The notes: generated from the letters alone by a model not told the origin. 39,065 nt of DNA from Candidatus Iainarchaeum sp. (GCA_016926295.1 JAFGOX010000009.1:1-39065); one strand, 5' to 3'; shown: positions 1 to 10,563, counted from the first letter of the stretch. Numbers and translations are program-made.

Positions 1-1053
1 AAAGATAAGTTTGAAATTCCTTCAGAAGAAACAACAGGATGGCGTGGCGAAGAGGCTTACGTAAATCTTGGAGAAGATGGGTTAATTGCACCAGAAACTT
101 ATGTTCGAGACGGTGACGTTCTAATTGGTGGAAGCGCACCGCCAAAATTCCTTGAAGAAATATCCGAGTTTGGAATAATCGAAGAAAAGAGAAGAGAAAA
201 ATCAATGGAGAACAAAGCGGGCTCAGACGGACACGTTGACAGCGTTATCCTAAGTGAAAGTGACTCCGGAACCATTGCAGCAAAAATCAAAATAAGATGT
301 GAGCAAATTCCGGAAATTGGAGACAAGTTCTCTTCAATGCACTATCAGAAAGGTGTCCTTGGGGCAATAATTCCCGAATATGATATACCTTTCACAAGAG
401 ACGGAATCAAACCGGATGTTATAATCAACCCTGCAGCAATCCCTACACGTATGATTATGGGTCAGGTAGTTGAAGCACTGGCAGGAAAAGCCGCATGCCT
501 TGATGCAAAAGAATACGATGGTACGGCATTCACAAAAGTTGACAATGAAGATATAAGAAAAGTATTGCTCGACTCAGGATACAGATCTGACGGAAAAGAA
601 GTAATGTATGACGGGATAACCGGGGAAAAGATTGAAGCCGAAATTTTCATTGGTGTAGGTTATTACAGAAGACTTACCCACATTGTTTCAACAATTATAC
701 AAGCTCGCGGAAAAGGCAGAGTACAAATGCTTACAAGACAACCAACAGAAGGTAAAGCAAGACAAGGTGGACTTAAATTCGAAGAAATGCAAAGGGACTG
801 TCTTATCGGTTACGGTGCAGCAATGTTACTTCAAGACAGGTTGCTTTACAATGCAGACCGAACAATGTTCCCTGTTTGTGAGAAATGCGGTCTTATCGCA
901 AGAACCGACAACACAAAAAGCAAAGCATATTGCCCATCCTGCAAAGGCGGAGACATATCAGAAATCGCAATGCCTTATGCATTCAAACTGGCAATAGATG
1001 AAATGATGTCAATGCACATCTATCCAAAACTTAAGATAAAGGACATGGTGTAA
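1..1053 (+). CDS. rpoB: DNA-directed RNA polymerase subunit B, C-terminal portion (5' end outside window)
   Basis: Frame 1 is open from nt 1, upstream of the listed ORF at 205. Contains the GDKFSS-MHYQKG region, MLTRQPTEGKARQGGLKFEEMQRDCLIGYGAA (beta-subunit GGLRFGEMERDC-type motif) and a C-terminal zinc ribbon CEKCG...CPSCKG. It is followed directly by rpoA'. Confidence 0.93.
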   Translation, partial: KDKFEIPSEETTGWRGEEAYVNLGEDGLIAPETYVRDGDVLIGGSAPPKFLEEISEFGIIEEKRREKSMENKAGSDGHVDSVILSESDSGTIAAKIKIRCEQIPEIGDKFSSMHYQKGVLGAIIPEYDIPFTRDGIKPDVIINPAAIPTRMIMGQVVEALAGKAACLDAKEYDGTAFTKVDNEDIRKVLLDSGYRSDGKEVMYDGITGEKIEAEIFIGVGYYRRLTHIVSTIIQARGKGRVQMLTRQPTEGKARQGGLKFEEMQRDCLIGYGAAMLLQDRLLYNADRTMFPVCEKCGLIARTDNTKSKAYCPSCKGGDISEIAMPYAFKLAIDEMMSMHIYPKLKIKDMV

Positions 1054-1057
1054 AAAT

Positions 1058-3667
1058 ATGGTTCAGAAAGAATTAGATTCAATAACATTCGGATTCGTAG
1101 ACCCTGAGCTAGTAAGAAAAATATCTAGTGTTGAAATTAGCGATTCACAAACCTATGATATTGACGGTTACCCTATTGAGGGTGGACTGATGGACCCCCA
1201 CCTTGGTGTTTTGGGACCGGGATTAAGATGCAAAACCTGCGGACAGAAAATGGGAAGATGCCATGGCCACTTTGGTCATTTGGAAATGATCAGACCAGTA
1301 ATTCATGTAAAATTTAATGATGATATTGCTCTTGTTTTAAACACAACCTGCAAAAAATGCGGAAGGGTTCTTCTTGACCAGGCCGCATTAGACAACTACA
1401 AAGAAAAAATGAAGGTAAAGATAGACCAGACAAAAATATCAAAAGAAATAGTCAGAAAAGCCAAGAAAATCAAAGAATGCCCGCATTGCGGAGAAAAGCA
1501 GGAAGAGGTAAAATTCCTTAAGCCACAAAGATATACAATTGGCGAAAAAAGACTTTTCCCAAATGAAATTAGAGAATTACTATCAAAAGTAAACGATGAT
1601 GATTTCCGATTATTGGGTTACAATACCGAATTCAACAGGCCCGAATGGTGGGTATTAACAGTATTGGCAATACCGCCAGTTACTGTAAGACCATCAATTG
1701 CTCTAGAAACAGGACAAAGGTCAGAGGACGATTTGACACACAAACTTGCAGAAATTGTAAGGTCAAACCAAAGATTAAAAGAAAACATCAATGCTGGTGC
1801 ACCACAAATCATTATTGAAAACATGTGGGACCTTTTGCAATACCACATTACAACTTATTTCGACAACAAAACAAGCGGCATCCAATCAGCAACAACAAGA
1901 GACGGAAGAGAATTGAGAACATTAGCACAAAGACTTTCTGGAAAAGAAGGTCGTTTCAGGCACTCATTATCTGGCAAGCGTGTAGATTATTCAGCAAGAA
2001 CTGTTGTAAGCCCCGACCCTTTTATCTCAATAAATGAAATCGGAGTACCAGTAGAAATTGCTATGAAGCTTGCGTACCCGGAAAAAGTTACTGAGTGGAA
2101 CATAAACAACATGCGAAAATTAGTAAAGCGAACAGAATACCCGCAAGCACGCGCAATAACAAGAAACGATGGCATAAAAAAGAAAATAATGGAAACAAAC
2201 AGAGACCAAATGGCTGAGGAAATAGAAGTCGGATGGATTGTTGAAAGAGATATTGTTGAAGGCGACATTACATTGTTTAATAGACAGCCATCACTTCACA
2301 GAATGTCAGAGATGGCGCACATAATCAGAATATTACCCGGACGAACATTCAGAATACATCCGTCAGTTACTGCACCTTACAATGCAGACTTTGACGGAGA
2401 CAACATGAATATTCACTTCCCAACAGAAATTGAAGCAAGAATTGAAGCAAAGGAATTGATGTCAGTTGAAGACCAAATAATTTCACCAAGACACGGCGGG
2501 CCAATCATTTCTGCAATGGAAGACCACATAGCCGGCTTCGCAATGTTAACAAGCAAAGGAAGAGTATTTGACAAAGACAGCGCATGCAAATATGCAATGC
2601 TGGCAGGAAAGACAGACCTTCCAAAACCAAAAGGCGGAAAAGACAAATGGACCGGAAAACAATTATTTAGTTTATTAATCCCAGAAAACACCAACCTGGA
2701 GTTCAAAAGCAAAGCATGCAAAATCTGCAAAAATGTTGGAATGTGCACACTAAAGAACTGCAAACAAGAAAACTGTGATTACGATGCATATGTAAAAATA
2801 AAGAACGGAGAGCTTATTTGCGGAGTAATCGATTCAGCAGCTATTGGTGGTGTTGAAGGAAAACTTCTAATTGAAATGAACAGAAAACTTACCCCTATTG
2901 AGAACAAAGAACTCATTAACAAAATGATAAAGATATCCTGCCATGCGTTAAATCAGATTGGCGTTACAATTTCAAAAACAGAATACACCCCGCAGGGAAT
3001 TGACATACAAGAATATATCAAATCAGCAATCAAGAAAGGAAATGAAATAGTAAGAAAATACAAAAATGGCGAATTAAGATCCTTACCTGGTCTAACCTAT
3101 GATGAAAGTTTCGAAATCGCAATGATTGAAGTTGCAGACAAAGCGCAGGAAGAAGCTGTAAACGCAATACTTTACAATAAGCTGTCCGGCCTAATGAAAG
3201 AAAAGGGCGAAAACAACTCCCTTATTATGATACTTTCTGGTGCAAGAGGTTCTATACGTAATGTAATGAACATCAGCGCATTCCAGGGACAGGCAAAAAT
3301 TATGAACAAACGTCCGAAAACCGGTTACGAGGGAAGATTACTTCCATCATTCAAAGAAGGCGACTTAGGTTTGGTTGCAAACGGATTTATTACAAGCAGC
3401 TTAATCGAGGGACAAAGTCCAAGAGAATTCTTCTTTGGTGCAATGGGCGGAAGAATCGGTGAAATTGAAGCCAAACTATCAATTAGAGAAAGTGGTTACC
3501 TTCAAAGACAGGCAATCCATGCCGTACAAGACCTTTGTGTCAAGGGCGACTATAGTGTTAGGGGCGCCTCAGATAAAGTAGTCCAATTCATATACGGTGA
3601 AGATGGTATATTCCCGGGAAACACAAGAAATGGGGCAACATTTACTTATGAGGAGTTAATGGGGTGA
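1058..3667 (+). CDS. rpoA1: DNA-directed RNA polymerase subunit A'
   Basis: 869 aa. N-terminal zinc motifs CKTCGQKMGRCHGHFGH and CKKCG...CPHCG; catalytic NADFDGD motif (here NADFDGDNMNIH). It ends where the archaeal A' subunit ends, and A'' follows. Confidence 0.95.
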   Translation: MVQKELDSITFGFVDPELVRKISSVEISDSQTYDIDGYPIEGGLMDPHLGVLGPGLRCKTCGQKMGRCHGHFGHLEMIRPVIHVKFNDDIALVLNTTCKKCGRVLLDQAALDNYKEKMKVKIDQTKISKEIVRKAKKIKECPHCGEKQEEVKFLKPQRYTIGEKRLFPNEIRELLSKVNDDDFRLLGYNTEFNRPEWWVLTVLAIPPVTVRPSIALETGQRSEDDLTHKLAEIVRSNQRLKENINAGAPQIIIENMWDLLQYHITTYFDNKTSGIQSATTRDGRELRTLAQRLSGKEGRFRHSLSGKRVDYSARTVVSPDPFISINEIGVPVEIAMKLAYPEKVTEWNINNMRKLVKRTEYPQARAITRNDGIKKKIMETNRDQMAEEIEVGWIVERDIVEGDITLFNRQPSLHRMSEMAHIIRILPGRTFRIHPSVTAPYNADFDGDNMNIHFPTEIEARIEAKELMSVEDQIISPRHGGPIISAMEDHIAGFAMLTSKGRVFDKDSACKYAMLAGKTDLPKPKGGKDKWTGKQLFSLLIPENTNLEFKSKACKICKNVGMCTLKNCKQENCDYDAYVKIKNGELICGVIDSAAIGGVEGKLLIEMNRKLTPIENKELINKMIKISCHALNQIGVTISKTEYTPQGIDIQEYIKSAIKKGNEIVRKYKNGELRSLPGLTYDESFEIAMIEVADKAQEEAVNAILYNKLSGLMKEKGENNSLIMILSGARGSIRNVMNISAFQGQAKIMNKRPKTGYEGRLLPSFKEGDLGLVANGFITSSLIEGQSPREFFFGAMGGRIGEIEAKLSIRESGYLQRQAIHAVQDLCVKGDYSVRGASDKVVQFIYGEDGIFPGNTRNGATFTYEELMG

Positions 3668-3671
3668 AAGC

Positions 3672-4772
3672 ATGACGTTATCAGAAATGGCACAAAAGGA
3701 TTTTGATTCAATAATGAATTCAAACAAAATAGATGCAAACACAAAAAAGAAATTGCAAAAAAAAGCAGAAGAGGTTTATGAAATTGAAAAGGTCCTCCCT
3801 GGTGAAGCAGTAGGAACTGTTGCTGCACAATCAATAGGCGAGCCAACATCACAAGGTGCGCTTAGAGCCTTCCACACCGCCGGTGCGCTTACAGTTACGG
3901 GTGGTTTAGCACGCGCAAAAGAAATCCTTACAATGTCAAGAAGCATTGCCACGCCACGTATGTTCATTTACCCAAACAAAGATTTACAGGGCCACCCAAA
4001 GAAAATAGATGACTTCATTACAAAACTTATTGAAAAAAATCTGAAAGACATTGCAAAAGTAAGAAAAAATATGAAAGCAAGAAAGATTATTATCGAACTA
4101 GACAATACAGAAATGAAAAGGATTGGACTAACAAAAAAGCAAATAATAGAAATCATAGAGGAAGCAATGAAAGTAAAAATAAGCGAAACAGACAAAGGAC
4201 TAGAAATAAAATTCAAGGACACACCCCTGAAAAAAATATCATTGCTAACCGAAAAGATTGAGGAAATAACTGTTTCTGGTGTCAAAAACATACGAAAAGC
4301 AGTTATTGATGATGCATATTTCGAAGAAACAGGCGAAACAAGAATTGCAACATTAGGAACTAATTTGAAAGCAGTAATGCAGCTTGAAGAAGTTGACTCA
4401 GAACGTATTGTAACAAATGATATCAGAGAAGTAGAATCAGTATTAGGAATCGAAGCAGCAAGGAATGCCCTGCTTGAAGAATTAAAAGAAGTTTATTCAG
4501 GCGGGATGTATGTTGACAGAAGACACCTTACCCTGATTGCTGACACATTAACACATTCAGGAAATCTTCAGGCAGTAGGAAGGACTGGTGTCAGCGGTTC
4601 AAAAGAAAGTGTACTAGCACGTGCGTCATTCGAGGAAACATCAAAGAACTTATTCCAGGCAGTATCACAAGGACAAAAAGAAACGTTTAAAGGCGTTGCA
4701 GAGAATATTATTGCAGGAAAGGTCATCAACGTAGGAACAGGAACGATAAAAGTAATGATGAAACAAAAATAA
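3672..4772 (+). CDS. rpoA2: DNA-directed RNA polymerase subunit A''
   Basis: 366 aa. GEAVGTVAAQSIGEPTSQGALRAFHTAG trigger-loop region and C-terminal GVAENIIAGK. The split A'/A'' arrangement is diagnostic of Archaea. Confidence 0.94.
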   Translation: MTLSEMAQKDFDSIMNSNKIDANTKKKLQKKAEEVYEIEKVLPGEAVGTVAAQSIGEPTSQGALRAFHTAGALTVTGGLARAKEILTMSRSIATPRMFIYPNKDLQGHPKKIDDFITKLIEKNLKDIAKVRKNMKARKIIIELDNTEMKRIGLTKKQIIEIIEEAMKVKISETDKGLEIKFKDTPLKKISLLTEKIEEITVSGVKNIRKAVIDDAYFEETGETRIATLGTNLKAVMQLEEVDSERIVTNDIREVESVLGIEAARNALLEELKEVYSGGMYVDRRHLTLIADTLTHSGNLQAVGRTGVSGSKESVLARASFEETSKNLFQAVSQGQKETFKGVAENIIAGKVINVGTGTIKVMMKQK

Positions 4773-4785
4773 AAAGGTGTAATAA

Positions 4786-5100
4786 ATGGATATAAACAAA
4801 GAAATAAGACGTGCTGTAGACACAGGCAAAGTCGTTTTCGGAAGCAAAAGCGGATTAAAGAAAGCAGCAAGCGGAGATGCAAAAGCCATAATATATGCCG
4901 CAAACGCACCAGAAGCGATAAGGCAAAAAGTGGAAAAATACACAAACATGTCAAACATTCTAGTTTTTCAGTCAGAAAAGAATGGAATAGAACTTGGAGA
5001 AATTTGTGGTAAACCCTTCGTAATTCTAGTAATGTCTGTTATGGATGAAGGTCGCTCAAAGATAATTTCTGCAATAAAAGAAACAACGACAAAGAAATAG
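4786..5100 (+). CDS. rpl30e: 50S ribosomal protein L30e
   Basis: 104 aa. DTGKVVFGSKSGLKKAASGDAKAIIYAANAP ... ELGEICGKPFVILVMSVMDEG matches the L30e/L7Ae fold pattern. The position after rpoA'' is conserved. GGTG lies upstream of the ATG. Confidence 0.9.
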   Translation: MDINKEIRRAVDTGKVVFGSKSGLKKAASGDAKAIIYAANAPEAIRQKVEKYTNMSNILVFQSEKNGIELGEICGKPFVILVMSVMDEGRSKIISAIKETTTKK

Positions 5101-5107
5101 GGATTTA

Positions 5108-5515
5108 ATGAAAATAGACGCAAACGCACTCAAACAACTAAGTTTTATAGAGAAAAAGACTAGAATTGTATTATTAGACTGTGTAACAGTAGATGACATT
5201 AGCGTTTTCGTGCTTAAGCCCGAAGACATGGGAAAACTTATAGGAAACGACAGGCGAACTCTCCGAGAGCTTGAAAAAGCTATTGGAACAAGTATTATGT
5301 TAATCGCACACTCAAAACAACCAACGGTTTTCTTGGCTAACATTATTAGACCAGCAAAAGCGAGGAAAATCGAAATATCTGGGGATGGGCACTCAGCCAA
5401 AATACTTTTAAATCCTCAGGATAAGTATAAGTTAGGTAGGAAGAAAATAAATGTCCTAAAAACACTGGCAGAACGACATTTGGGCATTACAAGCATAAAG
5501 CTCTCTTATTCCTAA
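5108..5515 (+). CDS. nusA: Archaeal NusA-like transcription termination/antitermination factor (KH domains)
   Basis: 135 aa. KH-like GxxG-type segment (MGKLIGNDRRTLRELEKAIG). Conserved position between rpl30e and rps12. Confidence 0.8.
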   Translation: MKIDANALKQLSFIEKKTRIVLLDCVTVDDISVFVLKPEDMGKLIGNDRRTLRELEKAIGTSIMLIAHSKQPTVFLANIIRPAKARKIEISGDGHSAKILLNPQDKYKLGRKKINVLKTLAERHLGITSIKLSYS

Positions 5516-5543
5516 CAGTTAAACTTTAATCTAAGGTGAAATA

Positions 5544-5972
5544 TTGGCAAAAGGAGAATTTGCAGCTAGACAGCTGATAAACAACAGGCAGAAATGGCGC
5601 TGGAAAGACCGCGCCTATAAGTACCGAACTTTAGGCCTTAAAGCAAAGGTCGACTTGTTAGAGGGTTCTCCGATGGCCCGCGGTATTGTATTAAAGAAAA
5701 GGCCTATTGAAGCAAGGCAGCCTAACTCAGGTTTGCGTAAATGTGTTCGCATTCAGTTAATCAAAAACGGTAAGCAATTGACCGCAATGTGCCCGGGAGA
5801 CGGGGCAATCAAGTTCATAGATGAGCACGATGAAGTTGTAATCGAAGGGATCGGTGGCGCACAAGGTGGCCCGTCTGGTGACCTTTGGGGTGTGAAGTAC
5901 AAAGTTACAAAAGTAAACGGAGTAAGTCTTGAGATGCTAAGAACTGGAAAGAAAGAGAAGAGCAAGAGGTAG
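5544..5972 (+). CDS. rps12: 30S ribosomal protein S12
   Basis: 142 aa. GEFAARQL..., [28 protein letters not shown] and [13 protein letters not shown] start 5 nt after AGGTGA; no in-frame ATG is available. Confidence 0.92.
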   Translation: MAKGEFAARQLINNRQKWRWKDRAYKYRTLGLKAKVDLLEGSPMARGIVLKKRPIEARQPNSGLRKCVRIQLIKNGKQLTAMCPGDGAIKFIDEHDEVVIEGIGGAQGGPSGDLWGVKYKVTKVNGVSLEMLRTGKKEKSKR

Positions 5973-5977
5973 ATGCT

Positions 5978-6583
5978 ATGTCTGATATTAAACTATTTAA
6001 CAGATGGGATACAAACATTGTCATTTCTGACATCAGCTTACAGAATAAAGTCTGCCTAACTCCTGTAATAGTTCCACACAATTTTGGGGTACACTCCTCA
6101 AAAGGCCAGAGGCACAAAATAAATGTAGTTGAAAGGCTTGCAAACAAACTAATGAGATCCGGACAGGGTTCAAGAAAGCTTAGCGGACACTACATCAGGT
6201 CAAAGAAAGCCTGCGGAATGAAATTAATGACAATGAAGCACATCTATGATGCCTTTGAAATAATCGAAAACAAGACAAAGAAAAATCCTATTCAAATTCT
6301 AGTTGATGCATTGCAGAATGCTGGACCGCGTGAAGACATCACTCGTTTAAAACGTGGTGGCGCAACTATCCAAATTGCCGTTGACGTAGCTCCAGAAATG
6401 AGAATCAACGAATCCTTGAAAAACATCGCTTTGGGAACTTTAACAGCCACATTCAAAAAGAAAAAAACAATTGCAGAATGCCTGGCAAATGAGATAATGC
6501 TAGCGGCAAAAGAAGACAACCAAAGTTATGCAATCAAGAGGCGTGACGAAACCGAAAGAATTGCAATGGCGGCAAGACATTAA
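5978..6583 (+). CDS. rps7: 30S ribosomal protein S7
   Basis: 201 aa. LFNRWD... N-terminus, VERLANKLMRSG and NAGPREDITRLKRGGA, typical of archaeal S7. str-operon position. Confidence 0.92.
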   Translation: MSDIKLFNRWDTNIVISDISLQNKVCLTPVIVPHNFGVHSSKGQRHKINVVERLANKLMRSGQGSRKLSGHYIRSKKACGMKLMTMKHIYDAFEIIENKTKKNPIQILVDALQNAGPREDITRLKRGGATIQIAVDVAPEMRINESLKNIALGTLTATFKKKKTIAECLANEIMLAAKEDNQSYAIKRRDETERIAMAARH

Positions 6584-6589
6584 CTGTAG

Positions 6590-8806
6590 ATGATTTTTAT
6601 GGCAAAGAAAGAAGAAGTAGTAGCGGAAGCAGGAAAACTAATGACCCAGCGTGAAAACATTAGAAATATAGGCATAGTAGCACATATCGACCATGGAAAA
6701 ACAACCATGACCGATAACTTAATTGCCGGCGCAGGTTTGATTTCAAAAGAGCTTGCGGGCGACCAATGTGTTACTGACTTCTACGAACTTGAGCAGGAAA
6801 GGGGAATTACAATCAATGCCGCATGCATTTCAGTTGTTTACCCTTACAATGATGTAAACCACTTGATTAATGTTATCGATACTCCTGGACACGTTGACTT
6901 TGGTGGCGATGTTATCAGGGCAATGCGTGCTGTAGACGGAGTTATTGTTGTAGCGTGCGCAGTTGAAGGCGTAATGCCACAGACAGAAACTGTTATCAGA
7001 CAGGCACTAAGAGAAAGAGTCAAGCCAACCTTATTCATTAACAAAGTTGACAGGCTAATTGGTGAACTAGAAGTTACACCAGAAGAAATGCAGCAGCAAT
7101 TTATTAAAATCATTAACGGAGTAAACTCATTAATTGCAAAGAACGCACCAAAAGGAAAAGAAAAGGAATGGCAAGTTAAAGTAGAAGATGGAAGCGTTTG
7201 CTTTGGTTCAGCATACAGGAACTGGGCAGTAAGCGTACCTCAAATGAAAAAGACTGGAATTAGCTTCAAGGACGTTTATGAGCACGTTAAATCAGACCAA
7301 CAAAAAGAGCTTTCAGAAAAAACTCCTTTATTCATAGCAATCAATGACATGGTCGTAAAGCACCTCCCGAACCCGCTCGACGCACAAAAATACAGAATCA
7401 AACACATCTGGCCGGGAGATGAAAACTCAGAGCTTGGAAAAGCAATGGAAAGCTGCGACCCGAACGGACCATTAATGATGATGATTACAAAAATACAGCC
7501 CGACCCACATGCAAGAGAAGTTGCAATCGGAAGAATCTTCTCAGGAAAAATCGAAAAGGGAAAGGAAGTATTTTTACTGCAGTCAAAGAAAACAGGCAAG
7601 ATACAGCTTGTTGGCATTTACATGGCCGGAGACAGGGTCACTTTAGAAGATGTTTATGCAGGTAACATTGGTGCAATCGTTGGATTAAGAGATGCATTCG
7701 CCGGTGAAACAATAAGCGAATTAAAAGATGCCGACGCATTTGAAGGCTTCATGACAAAAACCGAGCCGGTTATTACAATGGCCGTCGAGGCAACAAACAT
7801 GAAAGATTTGCCAAAACTAATCGAGGTTATACACAGCATTACAAAAGCAGACCCCAACATCAGGGCGGAAATCAACCAGGACACCGGAGAGCACTTGGTT
7901 TCCGGAATGGGCGAGCTTCACTTAGAAGTTACCAAATACAGAATCGAACATGACAACGGCATACCTGTAAAGACCTCACCCCCAATTGTAGTTTACAAAG
8001 AATCAGTTGATGCAGTATCACCAGAAATTGTTGGAAAGTCCCCAAACAAGCACAACAAATTCCATTTCACAGTAGAACCTTTGCCAGAAGCAATTGCAAA
8101 GGCACTTGCAGAAGGTGAAATCAGCGAAGGAAAAGAAAAGAACAAGGACAAAATCCAGGAAAGAGTGAACAAGCTTGTAGAATTGGGAATGGACAGAGAT
8201 GAGGCAAAATCAATATGGCATATTTACGGTCACAACATCCTTGTAGACAAAACAAAAGGCGTACAGTACCTTTTCGAAACCAAGGAATTGGTTATACAGG
8301 GATTTGAAGAGGCAATGGACAACGGACCACAAGCAATGGAGAAAGTGGGCGGAATCAAAGTGACATTACGCGATGCTTCACTTCATGAAGACGCAATCCA
8401 CAGAGGTCCGGCACAAACCCTTCCTGCAATTAAAAGGCCAATATGGGCCGCAATACTTAGCGCAAAGCCAAAATTGCTTGAGCCCGTACAAAAAGTATTT
8501 ATCAGCGTCCCGCAAAGCTATTTAGGAGCAGTATCTGGCGAATTGCAGACAAGGCGCGCAGGCATAGATGACATGCGCACCGAAGGTGACACAATGATTA
8601 TCACTGCAAGAGCGCCAATCAAGGAAATGATTGGTTTCGCAGGTGCAATACGTGGTGCAACCCAGGGCAGAGCAATCTGGACAACCGAGTTCGCAGGATT
8701 CCAGCCTTTACCAAGAGACCTTTACGCAAGCACAATAGCAGAAATAAGAACAAGAAAGGGAAGAGACCCCCAAGCACCGTCACCAAGCTTCTTTATGGAC
8801 GCTTAG
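6590..8806 (+). CDS. fusA: Translation elongation factor aEF-2
   Basis: 738 aa. GTPase motifs AHIDHGKTT, DTPGHVDF and NKVD; diphthamide-loop LHEDAIHRGPAQ. An alternative ATG sits at 6599. Confidence 0.95.
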   Translation: MIFMAKKEEVVAEAGKLMTQRENIRNIGIVAHIDHGKTTMTDNLIAGAGLISKELAGDQCVTDFYELEQERGITINAACISVVYPYNDVNHLINVIDTPGHVDFGGDVIRAMRAVDGVIVVACAVEGVMPQTETVIRQALRERVKPTLFINKVDRLIGELEVTPEEMQQQFIKIINGVNSLIAKNAPKGKEKEWQVKVEDGSVCFGSAYRNWAVSVPQMKKTGISFKDVYEHVKSDQQKELSEKTPLFIAINDMVVKHLPNPLDAQKYRIKHIWPGDENSELGKAMESCDPNGPLMMMITKIQPDPHAREVAIGRIFSGKIEKGKEVFLLQSKKTGKIQLVGIYMAGDRVTLEDVYAGNIGAIVGLRDAFAGETISELKDADAFEGFMTKTEPVITMAVEATNMKDLPKLIEVIHSITKADPNIRAEINQDTGEHLVSGMGELHLEVTKYRIEHDNGIPVKTSPPIVVYKESVDAVSPEIVGKSPNKHNKFHFTVEPLPEAIAKALAEGEISEGKEKNKDKIQERVNKLVELGMDRDEAKSIWHIYGHNILVDKTKGVQYLFETKELVIQGFEEAMDNGPQAMEKVGGIKVTLRDASLHEDAIHRGPAQTLPAIKRPIWAAILSAKPKLLEPVQKVFISVPQSYLGAVSGELQTRRAGIDDMRTEGDTMIITARAPIKEMIGFAGAIRGATQGRAIWTTEFAGFQPLPRDLYASTIAEIRTRKGRDPQAPSPSFFMDA

Positions 8807-8819
8807 TTTGTCCAAAGCG

Positions 8820-8828
8820 TTTATAAAA
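8820..8828 (+). promoter_or_regulatory. Candidate TATA box (TTTATAAAA) with purine-rich BRE-like flank upstream of tuf
   Basis: aaagcgTTTATAAAAc lies in the 108-bp gap after fusA, about 90 nt upstream of the tuf ATG. Sequence pattern only. Confidence 0.4.
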
Positions 8829-8914
8829 CATTATATTCAGATATATAGTGATAGCGACACATTTAACGCACAATCGCTGTATTCTATTAATTCCATTTAA
8901 AAGGAGTGAAATGT

Positions 8915-10177
8915 ATGGCAGAGAAACAACACATTAACCTTGTGTTCATAGGTCACGTTGATCATGGTAAATCAACTTTGGTCGGTAGAACATTCTATGA
9001 CACAGGAAACTTAAGTGAGCAAGACAAAGTAAAATACGACAAACTTGCAGAAGAGTACGGTAAGCCAGGTTTTGGGTTTGCATACATGATGGACACAGTA
9101 GAAGAAGAAAGAAAACGTGGTGTAACCATTGACTTGTCTTACAAAAAATTTGACACACAAAAAAATTCATTTACAATTATCGACGCACCCGGTCACCAGG
9201 ACTTTGTTAAGAACATGATTACCGGTACAAGCCAAGCAGACGCAGCAGTACTTGTTGTGGCAGCTGGTGAAGGTATGAAAGCACAGACAAAAGAACACGC
9301 ACAACTTTCAAAAGTACTTGGTGTCGGACAGCTTGTTGTAGCATTGAACAAAATGGACACAATTAACTATGACGAAGCAAAATACAAAGAAAGAGTCGAA
9401 GAATTGTCAAAAGCATTGCCAGGATATGGTTGGAAAGACTACAAAGTCGTTCCAGTTTCTGCTCTTAAGGGCGATAACGTTGCCAAGAAGAGTGAAAGCA
9501 TGCCTTGGTACAATGGACCAACCCTTGTTGAAGCATTGGACGAATTGAAAGCAAAGCCACCAGCAACAGACAAACCACTTAGACTTCCAATCCAAGATGT
9601 ATACAACATCAAAGGTGTAGGTACAGTACCAGTCGGAAGAGTTGAATCCGGCGTCCTTAAGCCAAATGACAAAATAATTGTAATGCCTTCAGGCAAAACC
9701 GGCGAAGTAAAATCCGTTGAAGCTCACCATGAGCAATTGCCTCAAGCAAATCCGGGTGACAACGTTGGTTTCAACGTACGTGGATGGAGCAGAGATGACA
9801 TAAAACGTGGTGACGTAGTTGGTCACGAAAACAACCCTCCAACAGTAGCAGAAGAATTCACAGCACAAATTGTTGTGTTGAACCACCCAAAAGGTGTAGC
9901 TGTTGGATATACACCGGTGTTCCACCTTCACACACTGCAAGTCGCCTGCACAATTACCCAAATGTTGGAGAAAATTGATCCGAAAACCGGAACAGTTGTC
10001 GAGCAAAACCCAACATTCCTTAAGAACGGTGACTCAGCCAAGGTTATTATCAAACCAACCGTACCTATCGTAGTAGAAAAGGTACAGGACTTCCCAAGCC
10101 TTGGAAGATTTGCTATTAGGGACATGGGACAAACAGTAGCAGCTGGCGTCGTCTTAGACGTCAAAAAGAAGGCATGA
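8915..10177 (+). CDS. tuf: Translation elongation factor aEF-1 alpha
   Basis: [17 protein letters not shown] and NKMD motifs. I chose the ATG at 8915 because it lies 5 nt after GGAGTGA. The ORF track begins at an in-frame GTG at 8906. Confidence 0.95.
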   Translation: MAEKQHINLVFIGHVDHGKSTLVGRTFYDTGNLSEQDKVKYDKLAEEYGKPGFGFAYMMDTVEEERKRGVTIDLSYKKFDTQKNSFTIIDAPGHQDFVKNMITGTSQADAAVLVVAAGEGMKAQTKEHAQLSKVLGVGQLVVALNKMDTINYDEAKYKERVEELSKALPGYGWKDYKVVPVSALKGDNVAKKSESMPWYNGPTLVEALDELKAKPPATDKPLRLPIQDVYNIKGVGTVPVGRVESGVLKPNDKIIVMPSGKTGEVKSVEAHHEQLPQANPGDNVGFNVRGWSRDDIKRGDVVGHENNPPTVAEEFTAQIVVLNHPKGVAVGYTPVFHLHTLQVACTITQMLEKIDPKTGTVVEQNPTFLKNGDSAKVIIKPTVPIVVEKVQDFPSLGRFAIRDMGQTVAAGVVLDVKKKA

Positions 10178-10202
10178 AAGGGTTGTTATTAACCCTTTTT
10201 TT
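10177..10202 (+). terminator. Hairpin plus T7 run immediately after the tuf stop
   Basis: AAAGGGTT-gttatt-AACCCTTT forms an 8-bp stem (10177-10184 with 10191-10198). It runs into seven consecutive T (10196-10202). Archaeal termination uses oligo-T tracts. Confidence 0.55.
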
Positions 10203-10209
10203 ATAAATA
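10200..10209 (+). promoter_or_regulatory. Candidate TATA box (TTTATAAATA) upstream of rps10
   Basis: The AT box is centred ~21 nt before the rps10 ATG at 10225, which would give a leaderless or very short-leader transcript. Read-through from tuf is the alternative. Confidence 0.35.
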
Positions 10210-10224
10210 TAAAAACGTGAATTT

Positions 10225-10533
10225 ATGAGTAAAGCAAGGATAAAAATAGCGGGTCCAGAATACGCGGTACTGGATAAGATTGCGAATCAGATAGTGATGA
10301 TTGCAAAGAATTCCGGTGTCAAATACACAGGACCCGTGCCTCTGCCTACACGACATCTTCGTGTTGAACTAAGAAGGTCACAATGCGGTGGGGGAACAGA
10401 AACCTACGAACACAGAGAAATGAGAATTCACAAAAGACTAATTGATGTGGACGCAGAAGAATCAACAATTAGACAGATTATCAGGATACCAAAACCAAGA
10501 AACGTAGAGGTAATCCTTGAGTTAAAAGCATAA
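10225..10533 (+). CDS. rps10: 30S ribosomal protein S10
   Basis: 102 aa. ARIKIAG...LD, GPVPLPT and HKRLIDV pattern typical of S10. Follows tuf, as in archaeal str operons. Confidence 0.93.
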   Translation: MSKARIKIAGPEYAVLDKIANQIVMIAKNSGVKYTGPVPLPTRHLRVELRRSQCGGGTETYEHREMRIHKRLIDVDAEESTIRQIIRIPKPRNVEVILELKA

Positions 10534-10563
10534 TTTTAACAACTTATACTTGTTCTTTTTCTT

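Noticed and set aside
683-997. 104-aa + strand ORF in an alternative frame of rpoB. The same applies to 1825-2037, 19059-19301, 24650-24835, 26103-26405, 34489-34695 and 38359-38553.
   Set aside because: Each lies wholly inside a strongly supported gene in another frame. None has an SD-like motif or a recognisable sequence. I treat them as chance ORFs.
2680-2800. Cys-rich segment CKICKNVGMCTLKNCKQENC in RpoA' as a novel insertion
   Set aside because: From memory, archaeal A' subunits (for example in Thermococcales) carry a comparable Cys-rich stretch at this position, before the ...DAYV.I.NGEL segment. It is therefore likely a normal lineage feature, though I could not verify this without an alignment.
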